Origin: Amoebophrya sp. A120
Lineage: Eukaryota > Protista > Dinoflagellata
Assembly: GCA_905178155.1 (NCBI GenBank)
Contig: CAJINV010000002.1
Location: 11,658,591-11,722,590, forward strand
Reading direction: 5' to 3'
DNA length: 64,000 bases
Within the stretch, counting starts at the first letter, position 1. Every line of letters begins with the position of its first letter. Below the pieces are notes generated by a model, which was not told the origin of the DNA, ran no database searches, and saw only the letters and a program-made list of their open reading frames with translations. A program made the translations under genes and the position numbers. This document shows positions 45,401 through 58,278 of the stretch, piece by piece.

Positions 45401-48400
45401 TTACTCTGTGCTGGAATAAATTTATCAAATGGAACAAGTTCCATGCGCACCCTTACCCTTCGATCCGAATCAAGTTTGCGGGCGATCTCGTCGTGAACGT
45501 GATCTGCAGTGTGGCCAAACTGTCCGTGGACCGACACGGTTGGTTCAAAATAATCAGCGCGTACGCGTTGTCCAGGTGCCCGCGGCAACTGTGCTGGTTG
45601 TTGGTTTCCGAGGGTGTATTGGGAAGCGGGACGATGTTCGCCACCTGCATGTTCAGCAACGCCGGGATGACCGGGTAGCCTTCGAACACTTTTGACGCGA
45701 TCATGCGCTCGCTCTCGGTCTCCATCACGCGGATGCTGAAGTAGTTCGGCGACGGCGTCATTCCCGGATTGGTGGTCTTCAGCGAAAACTTGATCAAATC
45801 GTCGGCCGGTGCGCGGTCGTCCACCAGCGTCCAGGTCATCATGTTGCCGCCGCACTGCGGGGTGGTTCGCGCCAGGAAGCCCTCCAAGTGCACGTAGTCG
45901 GTGCAGGAGTTGGTCCCGGTCCGGGCCATGAGATACCCGGCGGGCGCGAGAATAACCACTTTTTCCCCCGCCACCACGTCCTGCTGGAACGACATCTGGA
46001 AGACGAACACCACTTCGTAGTCCGCGTTCCGGTCCGACGGGATCGTCAGCCCGAACTCGGTCACCTGGAAGTTGACCGGGAACCCGGTCATCACCGTGCT
46101 GTCCATCTCCCGCTGCACCTCGTCGCCCGGTTCGCTGGTGGGCCGGTAGGACTTGACGCTCCAGTCCTGCGCCTCCTGCTGCGGAGTGAGGGGGTTTTTC
46201 AGCATCAACGCGATGTTGTACTGCACGTTCTGCAGCATGACCTTGTCAAACATCAAGCGAATCCGGACGTTGTTCGACGGCTTCTCGTCGCCCTTGCACT
46301 CCACCGAGGGCGTGATCGTCCCCGCCGCGTTCAACGGCTCAAAATCCGCCCAGCGCGCGATTTGGTTCCCGGTGTCCGGCCGGGGGCACCACCGGATCGT
46401 GCCGCCGAACTGCTCGAACAGCTGCGCCGTGGTGCGGCTGTTCTCGAAGTCGCAGAACGCGTCCCGCTCCTTGTCCGTCACGTACACACGGACCTGGCAG
46501 TTGGTCTGGATCTCGAACCCGGTGGGCGCGACGATGCGAAAGTAGCCCCGGACCGCGACGAGGTTTCGCGGGCGTAGCGAAATCGTGACCTCGTTCTCGC
46601 GGACCAAACCGACGCGGTTGGCAATCGAGCTGTCCCGCGGCACGACGGCGTAGTCGGTGAAGGACCAGATGTTGTAGCCCTCGTACCGTTCGCTCGTCTC
46701 GCCGTTGAATTCCAGGCTCCACCGGTTGTCCGAAGGGTTCTCCGCGGGCGTGCTCTGGATCGCGATACGAAACAGGTAGACGGACTTCCCTTTAAGTCCC
46801 CGGTTCATGACGATCCGGGCCTTGTTCTCGTTGCCCTTGCACGATCGCACCACGACCGGGTTTCCCGTGTTCGTCGACGTGGGCCAGTTTTTCACGTCCT
46901 GCTCGCCACAGCAGTTACTGAAGCGCTCCGGCATACTCGGCCCGGTGTTGTCCGCCCACAGCACCTGCCGCGAGTCCGTCACCACCTCGCAGTTTAGGTC
47001 GAACAGGTAGCCCTCGGGCGCGTTCACCTTCATCTCCAGATCGGTCGGCGAATTCGGAGGGAGATAGGAGCAGGACTCTTCGCCCGCTGCTTCCGGCGTC
47101 CCACAAATGGTCATTTGCCGGCAGGTCGGGTCGCCCACCGCGTCCTCACCGTCGTCCGTGTTACAGGTCATCATGAATTTGATGATCAGGTGCGTCGCGG
47201 ACTTCGGGCGATCATTCCTGAGCCCACGCGGGGCCTGGTACTGCCACTCCTCGGGATATTGACCTGGGTAGGTGGATGATTGCGAGTAGGAATAAGGGCC
47301 GTTTCGGCTTGGGGAGAGCACTTCAGCAAGGCACCACCTCAGTGAGGCGCCAGCTACCGACGTGCGCCGGCGGTACTCATTTACTAAGTGCCGCACTACT
47401 TATGCGAGGCACTACCGAAACGAGGCAATACCTAGGCAAGGCACTACTTAAGCGAGGAAATTATCCCTATGCAATGCACTATTTAGGCGAGGCGCCACCT
47501 CAGCGAGGTACTACCTAAACGAGGCACTCACTAAGCGAGGCACAACTTAATAACAAGCGACGCACTACTAAAAGCGAAGCATTACTTGAGTAGAGCGCGA
47601 CTGCTCAAGGTAGGCACTACTTAAGCGGAGACTACTGAAGCGAGGCACTACTTAGACGAAGCACTACTTAGGCGAAGCACTACTTAACCTAGGCACCAAT
47701 CAGGCGAAACGCTACTTGAGCTAGCCACCACTTGAGCGACGCACTACCTAGCTAAGCGAGTCACTACTTGAGGACGCACTACTTAAGGGACGACGCACTA
47801 CTTAAGGGGCACAACGCACTACTTAAGGAGCGACGTACTACTACAGAATCGCGGCACAACTCGAGGGGCGACGCACTACTTAAGGCGGGCACCGAAACCG
47901 CACCGCAGTACTACTTAAGCGAAGCACTTAAGCGAAGCACTTAAGCGAAGCACTTAAGCGAAGCACTTAAGCGAAGCACTTAAGCGAAGCACCTAAGCGA
48001 AGCACCTAAGCGAAGCACCTAAGCGAAGCACTTAAGCTTAAGCAGACCCGTTAAGTGACGCGAAGCACGCGAGCCCGCCTTTTCTGGGCAACATCAACAT
48101 GATAACAGCAGGAAAAATAAATACAAAGTGAGTAGTCCTCCCCGCACTGCTTCCACGGCTTGGATACCAAATCCGCCTTCGGCATGGCGTTGTTGATTCC
48201 GAACGACGGGACGGTGGTCTGGAAATCCAGAATCGACTCCGTAGTTTTCACGGATGCCAGAGCGTAGGAGGCGATCGTCCAAATGCCGGCATCCTTGTCC
48301 TTCACGACAACGCCCGGGTTTGTGCAGTCCAAACTGAACGCATATTGGCGGGCGGGAATACCTGTGTAAGTTTGTGTTTTTCATAGTGCCTGTGCAACGC

Positions 48401-51400
48401 GGCAGTACGTGCAGTGACAACGAGTGTCTTCTATTTAAGGCTGTCAGTGGACGACCTCCTTCACTATGCATGAGAGCGTCCTCGATCATCCCCTTTGCAA
48501 CAATGACCTGAACTTCAATCCAGCCTTTTTGTAGATACCCTGCGGTCCTGCCGTCAAAGTGATTGTCGGGATCTGAGTGGTTCCGTCGTTAAAGGACGTG
48601 CAGGTCGTGTCGAACGGCAAATCTGTGTTCGGGGGGTCGCGTACCCCCGGCGGCGGGTCCACCGCAACCGGTAAGCACGCCGCCGCGAACAGAAACCCAC
48701 TCGGACCCGTGATCACTAGTCCGCCACCGCGCTCGATGTCGGTGATGGTCTGCAGGGAAAAATGGATCCGGTTCGCGGATGCCTTCAAAGACGTGTCGTA
48801 ATCCACGTTTGCGTTCAACAGCTTGCGCACGATCGGGGCCGGGTAGCTTCCCGCCGCGTACCGTCGGTCCGCGGTCAGTTCGTCGTAACCGAACTCGATG
48901 GTGAAGCGATTTAGGGAATCCACCGACGTAAAATTAGGCACCGTGATCTTCGTACGAATTCCGTACCGCTCGCCAGGGACAAAACCTTTCAAAGAAGTTT
49001 GCTGAAAAATTCTACCGATTTGCTGTAGTTCCTTTCCCATCAGCCGTAGTGCACGCACTAGACTTTAATGCAGTACTAGCTCAAGCTTAAGATTAAGTAG
49101 AAACAATAACAAAAACATAGCGGCACCTGCTCGGACGGAGTCGATCCTCAGCTCGTTCAGAGGCTTTACAATCGGCATTGGCGGCACGAGCGAAAGCGGG
49201 AAGTCCGAGGTCGCACCGGCCACCGCTTGCTCGGTAGGGACGCCGCTGAAGATGGACTCGTAGATGAACTCGGCGGGCTTGAAGTTCCACTTGTATCCGT
49301 GCGGGGCGACGATCCGCACATGCACGGGCTGTGTGGCCGTGGCAACCATGATAGGAAAAATAGTGATGTCAGTGGGCAACCCCAGCGCGTTCGGCCGCAT
49401 ATCCCCCATCTTCACCACAAAGTGAGTACTGTAAATCAGGCTGTCCACTGCGCTAATCTCGGAGGGAAGATCCTCGGTGTAGGTCGCCCAGGACAGGTTG
49501 TCCTGGCCCATATCATACAGCCACGGGTCCTGCGTCGGGTCGTTGGGGTTCGGGTCCGGCCGACCCGGATCTTCCTGGTTCAGCCGAGGAGAGAACTGAG
49601 TGGCATCGATCTTCTCCGTGCCCGAGTTTTCATACGTGGAGATACCCCAACTATTACGCTGCGTCATCTCCCACATGGGCGCATTTTTGATGCGGAGTTC
49701 GAAACCTGTGCGCGTTGGAGAGAAGCTCAAAGATGATCGACATGGCGCAAATCATAGTGTTTATGTTTTTCTTCGTGAATCATACCTTGTCCTCATCGAG
49801 TATGCAAATCGAATTCCCGGCAAAAATACTGATGCAAGATTAAAACAAAACAAACACGTCCGCGCTTTTTACCGTAAATCGTCCCCACCAGCAGCCTGCC
49901 GTCGATGGAAAGCCTTGCTCGATTGTACGTTCCCGCCGAGGTTCCTGATCCTGGTACGGTGCTTCCGAGGCACTGGATCGTCGCGTCAGGCGAGGCGCGC
50001 GGCAATTTGTTTGTCGGCTCCGCGGGTTCGGGCACGTAGTAGATCGGAGGCAGATCCGAAACCAGACAGTACTGCGAATAGTCGAAGTTCGCCGGCGCGT
50101 CCACCCAAATCTGCGAGAACGGCTGCGTCTGCGTCCCAACCTCCTGCTTCGTCTTGAAGAAGATCGAAATCTCGTTCATCAGGTAGCTATTCGCGAAGTA
50201 GTCTGGCTGGATCACGTTCATCTGCAGCTTTCCGAGCACCGCCGTGTTCGCGGAAAAATCTGCGTCATCCAGAATGCGGCCGTACTGGACGCCTTGTGTA
50301 ATCGGCGCGTCCTTGATCCCGGAGTAGCGACGAGGAGTGAACTTTTTCGGAATCGCAAACCCGTCGTTCAAATTCACCTGGATGCCTCCGGGCAAACCGG
50401 TGTAGTAGATCTGCAGGCTCCAGTAGTTCTTCACGTTTGCGATCTGTATTCGATTTGATGCAGCAGAATGGTTTCTATTGTCAACTTCGCAGCTCAACAG
50501 ACTTACCAGTACTGACAAGGAAGTCAGTACAACTACCAAGAAAACGGCTTCTATCTTGAGTCTCAGCTGCGCAGCAAGAACTTCTTGCTTGTAGGTACTA
50601 ACAAGGAAGTCAGTACCAAGAAGCCACGGCAGAAAAAAAAAACGCACAAAAAAAACTCGAAGCTAGTATCTTTCTCACCTTCAGTGGCTCCGGATTGATC
50701 ATCGCAAAGGGCACGAAAACCGAGGACCCCGCGTTGATCATCAGATGCTCCTTGAACTTCACCTCGCAGTACGGGTTTGTGTTCGCAGCGCCGTAGGTCG
50801 CCTCGTTGGTCACATCCGTGCCGACCACGGTCACCCCGTCGGGGCCGAAAGGCATGGACCCGATGGTTCCGCGCCCGTTGGGGATCCCCTTCGACTCCAA
50901 ATATTCGATGTCCTCCGGCACCGGCAGCCCGCCGAGCGACAGCTGGCACTTGTAGGCGCCCTCGCCGGTCCCCCCGAGTTTCGGCGCGACGATACGGACA
51001 GCAATGCGCTCGTTCTTGTCCGCAAACAGCATCGACCCGAAGGTGAGCTGCATGTAGAGCAGGTTCGTCTGGGTGGAGAACGGGGACTGATTCCCGTTCG
51101 TCGGGCCAATCTTGGACAGGATGCGCGCGACCGGGGACCACGGGCGAACAAAGTTCTTTGGGTTGTTCGTCACCGAAATGCCCTCCAGGTCCCGCTGCGA
51201 CAGGTACCGCCCGCCTTTGTCCTTCTCGCGGGTAAACTCCGCCGAGAAATGCGTGGGGAAGTATCCGTACTTGGGCACGGGCAGCGCACCACCGAGGTGG
51301 AAAATCGGGCTGTTCGAGCTCGTGATGGTCATGCCGATGGGGACCGTGAGTTTGATGTAGTTCACCTGCTGTTCCGGGTTGTCCGTCATGGTCCCGGTCC

Positions 51401-54400
51401 GGAACGTTACGGAACCCTTGTCGCACCCACCAATCTCCTTCAAAGAACCGCCCCCGTCATCGTAGAACATGTCACAGTTGTTGCCGCCGATGTCCCATTG
51501 CGTCAGTGGGTGGAGGAAGATCTGATATGTGAGCCAGTTTCAAGGGGTCACTGAGATTTTTCTCATGTGCGCAAAAATCCTCAAAAAAATAAGTATTCGC
51601 TAGCGCTACCTTCTTAGCTAATAAAATTACGATGGTTAGCAAGCTTAATTCTTTACCTTAATGATGTGCCCGCCCGAGAGAGGTCTCGCGTCGTCTTCCG
51701 GCAACAGCTCGAACTTGAAAAGCGGATACTCCGAGAGAGTCTGCTGATCCTCGAAGCAATCCATCTGAATGGGCGACCGGCACCAGTTTCTATCCTCGTT
51801 CGGGTCCACCGCCGGAACAATCGTCCCGTCACTGGCCTGCGTTTCGACACTTCCGTTTCCGCAGTCCTCTTCTCGCTGGCACGGCTTGCAGGAATAGGTG
51901 GCAGAGGGGGTGGCCGGGGTCGCATCGGTCTTGATGCAGTACCTTGTCGTGTACAACAAGCGCCACACGGTCACGAAGTTTTTCAAAGCAACAGACTTAA
52001 GACGACTACGACAGGAAAGAACTTCTCTATATGCATTATTTCTAGTTCGCTACTTAAAAAGTCCCCACCTCCATCACCTCCGTCAAGTCAAAAACATCAA
52101 CCCAGACTCGGAATTCAATGCACAATCATATACAAATTTTTTACCGTGTCAACGCCATGTAACCGTCCGAGGTTCCGTCCGTGTCGAGCAAGCGGAACCC
52201 CAACGGCCCGGCACCGGTGTACTTCAGTGCCGGCATCGTGGTTGACCACCGATCGGCGGCATTGGCGGGCGGCACCACGTCCTGCGGCTCGGGCTTCGCG
52301 TCCCCGGACTCGATAATTTCGAACCGATTGCCGAAGTCTTCGTATCGCAAGGAAAAATCCCCCCTCCCCATATTGAAGAGGTGAGGTTTGGAGAATTTGT
52401 GTTGCTGATTTGAGCCTGTGATCCACCTAATATCCGTAGGCCAGCCGTCGGGTGTTGCTGATTTGAGGTCACAAATCACGTTTGTGTTGCAAGAAGACAA
52501 AGGCAGCAGCTTCCGTCCCATTATGGAGGCGGTTTGTCATGCTGTTGAGCCAACATCACGGACGCTTCTCATGCTAAGCGCCAAAGTCAAAGCCTCTCTA
52601 CTCAGGCTTGATATGGGTTTGCAGTCCTCTCCAGCAAGACAAATGCGATTTGTGTACTCAAATACAGCAACACAAATTTCGCTTTCGATATGGGGAGGGG
52701 GGATTTTTCCTCACAATACTTCGTCCAGCGTGTACACCTTGACGGCCCCCTGCGCCGGCTGGTCTTTGGTGAGAAGCTCGTTGAAGGTCGCGTACATGAC
52801 CAGCTGGTACTGCGTGTTGGGCGCAAGCCCGTTCTTCGCGTGAAAGAACACGTAGAGTTCCACGACCGGGTTGGGATCGATGGTGCCGAGTTGATGCGAC
52901 ACGTCGTCGTAGAACGCGAAGCACTTGCGCGGCTGCGGGAACCCGTTTTCGTTCTCGCCCCACAGCTCGACGAAAATGTCGCCGCACATCTTCTGGTTGG
53001 CGTCCGGTAGCAAGTCCTTCAGCGTCTTCGTGGACGTGCGCGCCAGCTGCGCCGGACTCGCGTTGCCGCTCGCGTCGGCCGCTTTCCGCTGCGGGTTGCT
53101 CTGGTCGTACGGAATCACCACCGGGTGCCACTCCTGCCGTCCGGTGACCGCGTTCAGCTGTTCTTTGTTTTCGAAAGAGAGCTTCAGCCCCATTTCCCCG
53201 GTCGCCGCCGTGTACCGCGCGGAGCTCCCCGTTTCGAACGTGACGATGATTGGCGAAATCCGCTCCGTGACGCTCCCCACCGTGTAGTCGCTGTTCTCGA
53301 TCGAGGTCAGACTCAGCCAGGAGTTCGACATCTTGATCGGGTCCTTCACGATCAGAAAACCCACCGGCGCCTTGTACAGCGCCTGCGTCGGAAGGTTGGT
53401 TCCCACCTGGTTGTACGCGTTGTCCTGCTGCGCCCAGCAAATCACGTACCCGCGGCTGTCCGGGGACGGCGAGGAAACCTGTGGCGTGAGAGTGCACGAG
53501 GTAAGTGTAATTTTCCACCAGAAGAGCGTATTTACTTACGCAAAAATCATGGCTAGGCTCAGTTTCATCAGCTACAGCGCACAAATTTCAACAATGAACT
53601 GTATCAAACTAAAGTAAGTAGCCAGCACTTTTTCCTTACCTTCATGAGGATGAATTCCTCTTCTGAGCTCCTGGTCCAGAACATGGCCGTGACCATTTCG
53701 TTGGTTTTCGTCACCGTGAGTGGCGTCGAGTAGGGGAAGTCGGACGCGGAGAACTTAACCGGGATCAAGATCTTGTGGCAGGCCGGCACGATGGTGACGG
53801 TGCCCGGGATGGTGTACTGCACGTAGTCGCAGAGCACGCCGACGCGGTGCAGGTTCGTGAACATCGCGCGGATTTCCTCGATCTGGATTTGGGAGTAGCC
53901 CGCCCCCAGCATCAGCGCGTTGTTCCACTGCACCTCCACGTAGATCTGGTCCCCGTCCTTCAGCCCGTGCTGGGCGGAAAACTGCACCTCGGTCCCGCGG
54001 CCGCTCGGGTCGCGCACGACGCCCATCGCGTTGGAGGGGCCCGCCGGGGACACGCCCCTAACGGCGAGGTTGGACGAGAGCTGCGGCCCCAGCACCTTCG
54101 GCCCGAAGAACCGGGAGGTCGGGGTGGCGGTACCGCAGTCGGCGAGTTCGTTGGTGGCCTCCAGCGCGATGATGCGGTTGCTGGTCTGGAACAGGTGCCC
54201 GGTCAGCCGCAGGTTGAACGTCACCCCCGTGACCCGGGTCCACTTCTGGTTCGGCGTCGGCCCCGAAATGATCTGACGGTGGACCACGAGCCAGTTGTTC
54301 TCTGCGTTGCATTCCTGGTCACAGTAGCAGATCGCAAAGAACCCGGGCTCGGAAATCTTGATCGTGGGCACGCCGTTTGCGAACCCGTACTTGAACCCGA

Positions 54401-57400
54401 GACCGGTCGGGTTGGCGATGATCGCGCCCATGCTGTCAATGCCGCCGGCGGGTTGCGCGTAGTCGATGTTGCTGTTGGGGTTCACCTGCGCGTGTCCGGA
54501 CACCAGCGTAGACTGCGCATAGCGCAAACAGTGCTGCGAGGTGGTTAGCGCGAGTGGGTCCTCTAATATTTTCATCTCCCGCGTCGCTTCGCCGCTGGTC
54601 ATGGAAGAGAAACTGGCCACCTTTGTGTCGCCGAGCCCCGTTTCCGCGGTGACGATGCTGATATCTTTTGGCGTACGGATGACCACCGAAAAATCCGTGT
54701 TGATAACAGGCGGCGTCACCAGCGAAAGCTCCCCGGGCGCATAAATCGACGCCTGCAGCGGTCGCATCTGCATCACGCCGGCCTGAAATAAGTGTGGTGC
54801 GAAGCAGCGCTTTGTGAAAGGTTTACTCTACGAGATCATCGAGCAAAAGATGCAAGGGGGTGAAAGACTGCAAGAAGGTAGGTAGGTCTACTCAACTACA
54901 GAGTTAAAAGAGGTAAACATGTAAAGAAAGCGAACGGATATCCTCGCGGCGTCATGTCGCAAATCCAGTGGACTGAAGCGGAAGCAAAGCAATGTAGTAC
55001 GAACTCTTACCTTAAACCAGTTCGAGGCGACGTTGCACTCGCTATCGCAGTAGCACACGTCATAGAAACGCGTGAGCATGATCTCGTTGTGGTAACTGGC
55101 GGAAATTTGTACATCGGACCACGTCGGCGTTTTGATCTCCGTCGGCGAGTCGGCCTGTTGTCTGCAGTCGGCCGCCCCGTAACAGTTGGCCGGCGCGAAT
55201 TGACCACCCTCCTCCCGGTTCACGTCCGTTTGCACCTCTTCTTTGATTTGCTCCGCGAACCGGCAGCCGTTGGTGTCGTCAAAATACGGCTTGTTGTTCA
55301 GCGTAGATTGCTTTACGATCTTGTACCTGGATAGAAATGCATTTGGACTTGCACCGATGCAGTCTCTATAGAAAATAATGTCTGATGTGATCATGCACAT
55401 GAAACTCATCATGCATGCTGGTGAAAATAAAATTTGAATGTTCATAGTACGCTTTGTCCGCGGATTGCGAGCAACCGCCGCCTTGATCGCAGCTGTCGCC
55501 CTTCTTGCACCCGCAGTCGAGCACCAGCTGCCACTTCAACGTCGGAAAAGCGCCGACTTCGGCGTTGTTGTGGAAGATCCGGGTCTGGATAATGACGAGC
55601 GACCCGACTTCCGTCGCGAACGCCTGCTGTTGATTCTGCTCGCAGGCCGGATTGGCGTCCGACGCGTCCCAGTCAAAGCCCAGACAGTAGCACATCCGGA
55701 AAATGTAGGGGTTGTTGTTCGTGGTTTTCAGCTTCCGGAAGTTGTAGGTCACGTACTTCGTGCTGGTATCCAACACGTCCGCGAGTCTCACGTCGAACGG
55801 TTCCTGAAGCCCGTGGTTGCTATCCCCGTCCCCGCAGTAGTACACCGTGCTGCCCGCGCCCTCCCAGTTCTGCAGCGCGAGTTTGAACTGCGACCCGTCG
55901 GCACCGGACGCCGTGTCGTTCCCTAGGCGCACCAAACCGCTGCTCGCCGACTGCTGGTAGCCGGAAAGCCGTCCCTGGCACTGGCACCCGTCGGCGTAGG
56001 GCAGATTTTGACACGCGAGACGCCCGGCGTGCATGAGGGCGAGCGAACAGAACCATTTGTTGTCGTTTTTGTCGCTGCCCTCCACCTCGATAACGGGCTC
56101 CAGAATCTCGTAACTCTGCTCGTCGCGCGTGTAGCATAGCTGGAACTTGCCGGCGATGGGGAAGATGACCTTCGTGTAGACCACCGTTCCGCGGGCGATC
56201 CCCGCGGCCGTATCGTGCTGGTTCGGCAGCCCGTTGAACGGCGCACCCATCAGGGAGGTCACCGTTTTACTGCAGTCGCCGCTCTCCGGGATCAGCTTCA
56301 CCGTAAAATTGCCCGTGATCGCGAAGCCGTCTTCGTTCGTAGCGCCCTGCGAGCGGAGACGAACCTGCCCGTAGGAGAGCCCCTGCTTCACCTTCAGCGG
56401 CACGGTTGTGGTGGTGGGGTACACGGTAGGGAGCAACTGCGCAACTTCGTTCGACGTCTTCCCAGTAAACCACCCGTTCGCTACGTAGCCTCGTTCCGGT
56501 CCGGCGGAAACGGGACTCTGCCCCGTCGTGCGCTCCAGCTGGCCGTTTAGAATGTAAAGGAAACGGCGCGCCGCGGAGGACCCGACCTCTTTCAAAGAGT
56601 CCAGGCTGTACTTCGGAGACTCCTCCCGGTTGAGTTTAATATCGATAGAGGGCGCTTCCTCGTTGACACCACCTTCTTGCAACTGCCGCGGCGATGCAGG
56701 TACCAAAGAACTACTCGATACTGCAGTGCCCGAAAGCCCCGTTGGTACTGCGTTATGAAGGAGTCTCGTTGCCGCTGCTGCCGCGTGCTCCTCCTCAGCA
56801 GCCACAAAAAAACTGTGACTAGTATTAAAACTGGTCTGAAGCACGAGAGGAAGCCAGCAAAGCGCGGCCAAGAGAAAGCCGGAAAGTCGTTGTGTCAATG
56901 AATGTAGAGGTCGGCTCATTGTTCCCGTTGTTTTTGACGAAAAACTTTTTGCTACAGCCACTGTCTCTGTTCCTTTTTTCAACCAGGCGGGGAGTGACCG
57001 TCGGCTTTTTTCTCGGTTTCTCCTCTGCTGGTCTGCCGCTTGACATCCGACCGACACTGCAGCATGCTCTTGCCTTCGCCTCTTTAATATTTCCTGCGTA
57101 TTGAGCGTTTCTTTGCGGTGCATCGTGTGTGCAGTGTGCCGGGATGATGTTTCCTGAAGAATACAGTGGTCGTCGACAATCGTTACCGGACGAGGCGCGA
57201 ACAGAAATTCTATGGGATCATCCTGCACACTTCTGTCACTGGCTGCACTGTCTTTTGTATTTTCCTTTTGCCCCCAATTATTCATAGAAAGATTTCTTCG
57301 ACCATCTTTTCCACCTCGGCGTCGACTTCTCCTTTCTTGTCCGCTCTGTCTTCCCTGCGTCTTCCAGTGGTGTCGAGGTCCAGCATGATCTTCAGGCGCA

Positions 57401-58278
57401 GAATTACAATGTTCCTCGGGGCAACTGCAAAAACAGTCATCCACTGGGCGGTCAGCGCAACGATCAGAGGCAAGGCGCTCTTCTGATCTGTAACAAAACT
57501 TTTCCCCAGCGGGCTCCAGCAAGCTGCGATCGGACGGATCCGTGCGGACCGGCGAGTCATCTTCTACATGAATCCTCCACCGGCGCGACCTGCGAAAAGG
57601 TGTGCGCTTCCTCGAGGAGCAGCGGCTACACCAGGTTATTTTTGTCTTCACCTTCGCCTGGTTAGGATTTCGACTCCGAGTGAAAGAACTGGGATCTGTG
57701 GGCGTGCCGGCTGAAGTGGAGGAGTTGAGTGAAAAAATAGTACTGCTCGATATTACCCCTTCCGCAGCGTGACGTCGGGAGAAGTCCAACCGGCGCGCGG
57801 AACGACTCGCGCTAGAGTTTACGCGTTGTCGTTTCCTACGCCGACGGGTCAGAGAGTGCGAATTCCGGCTGTAATTATGGTGTTGATGAAAAATAAGTCC
57901 TCTTCGTCGGGACAGTGACGTTGAGGGTAACGCTGACGGTGTCAAACTGCTTGCGTAATCATCACTGCTCGAAAATACACCCGTTGACCTGGTCACTCTG
58001 GTCGAGGTTGCAATTTCGTAATTCGTCCGCGACGGATGGTTGGACACTGCGCCGGTGGTGCACTCTGCATCGGAAGACACCAGGTAGTCAGGAGGACTGG
58101 CTTCCTCCACCCATCCTCCTGCATCTTCGTCCTCTACCTCCGGCGTGAACGTGCGGGCTCTGCGCTTTCGTGTGGTCCGAAACCGGTCCTCGCCAGGTCT
58201 TCTGCGGCCGAAAGCTTTCCGATGCGCAGAGGATGAGCTGCTCGGAGAGCAGCCCACCTCGGGGCGCGCAACGGACAT
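42412..58278 (-). CDS. giant multi-exon secreted/surface protein with repeated beta-rich modules and C-terminal hydrophobic (GPI/TM-like) tail
   Basis: Chain of minus-strand ORFs from 55366-58278 to 42412-43251, linked by GT-AG introns and two introners. Repeated CYCD.EC...NW and NP...P..N.W motifs. An alternative start at ATG 56919 precedes a signal-like segment (LSGFLLAALCWLPLVLQ). Confidence 0.75.
44061..44321. mobile_element. introner, family A (261 bp)
   Basis: TIR tatcaaatgtaaaagtgtctgggtctggaagaat ... attcttccagacccagacatttttacacttgata. Imperfect TSD AGGAG/AGGAA. Excision gives ATAVS|YPWNDLMPG. Confidence 0.93.
47310..48037. repeat. intronic minisatellite: degenerate 16-19 bp units grading into a near-perfect 13-bp array
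   Basis: gcactacttaagcgag-like units at about 47310-47912, then (acttaagcgaagc)x6 and (acctaagcgaagc)x3 at 47913-48029. Confidence 0.92.
52343..52718. mobile_element. introner, family B subtype 2, opposite orientation, with internal 53-bp insertion (376 bp)
   Basis: Reverse complement of 35405-35727. TSD CTTCG at 52338-52342 and 52719-52723. Excision gives YTLDE|DFGNRFE. Confidence 0.95.

Noticed and set aside
18630-52521. Recurring small ORFs beginning MGRKLLPL.SC (18630, 19583, 35602, 52141)
   Set aside because: They are translations of the family B repeat, vary in length and lack any transposase motif.
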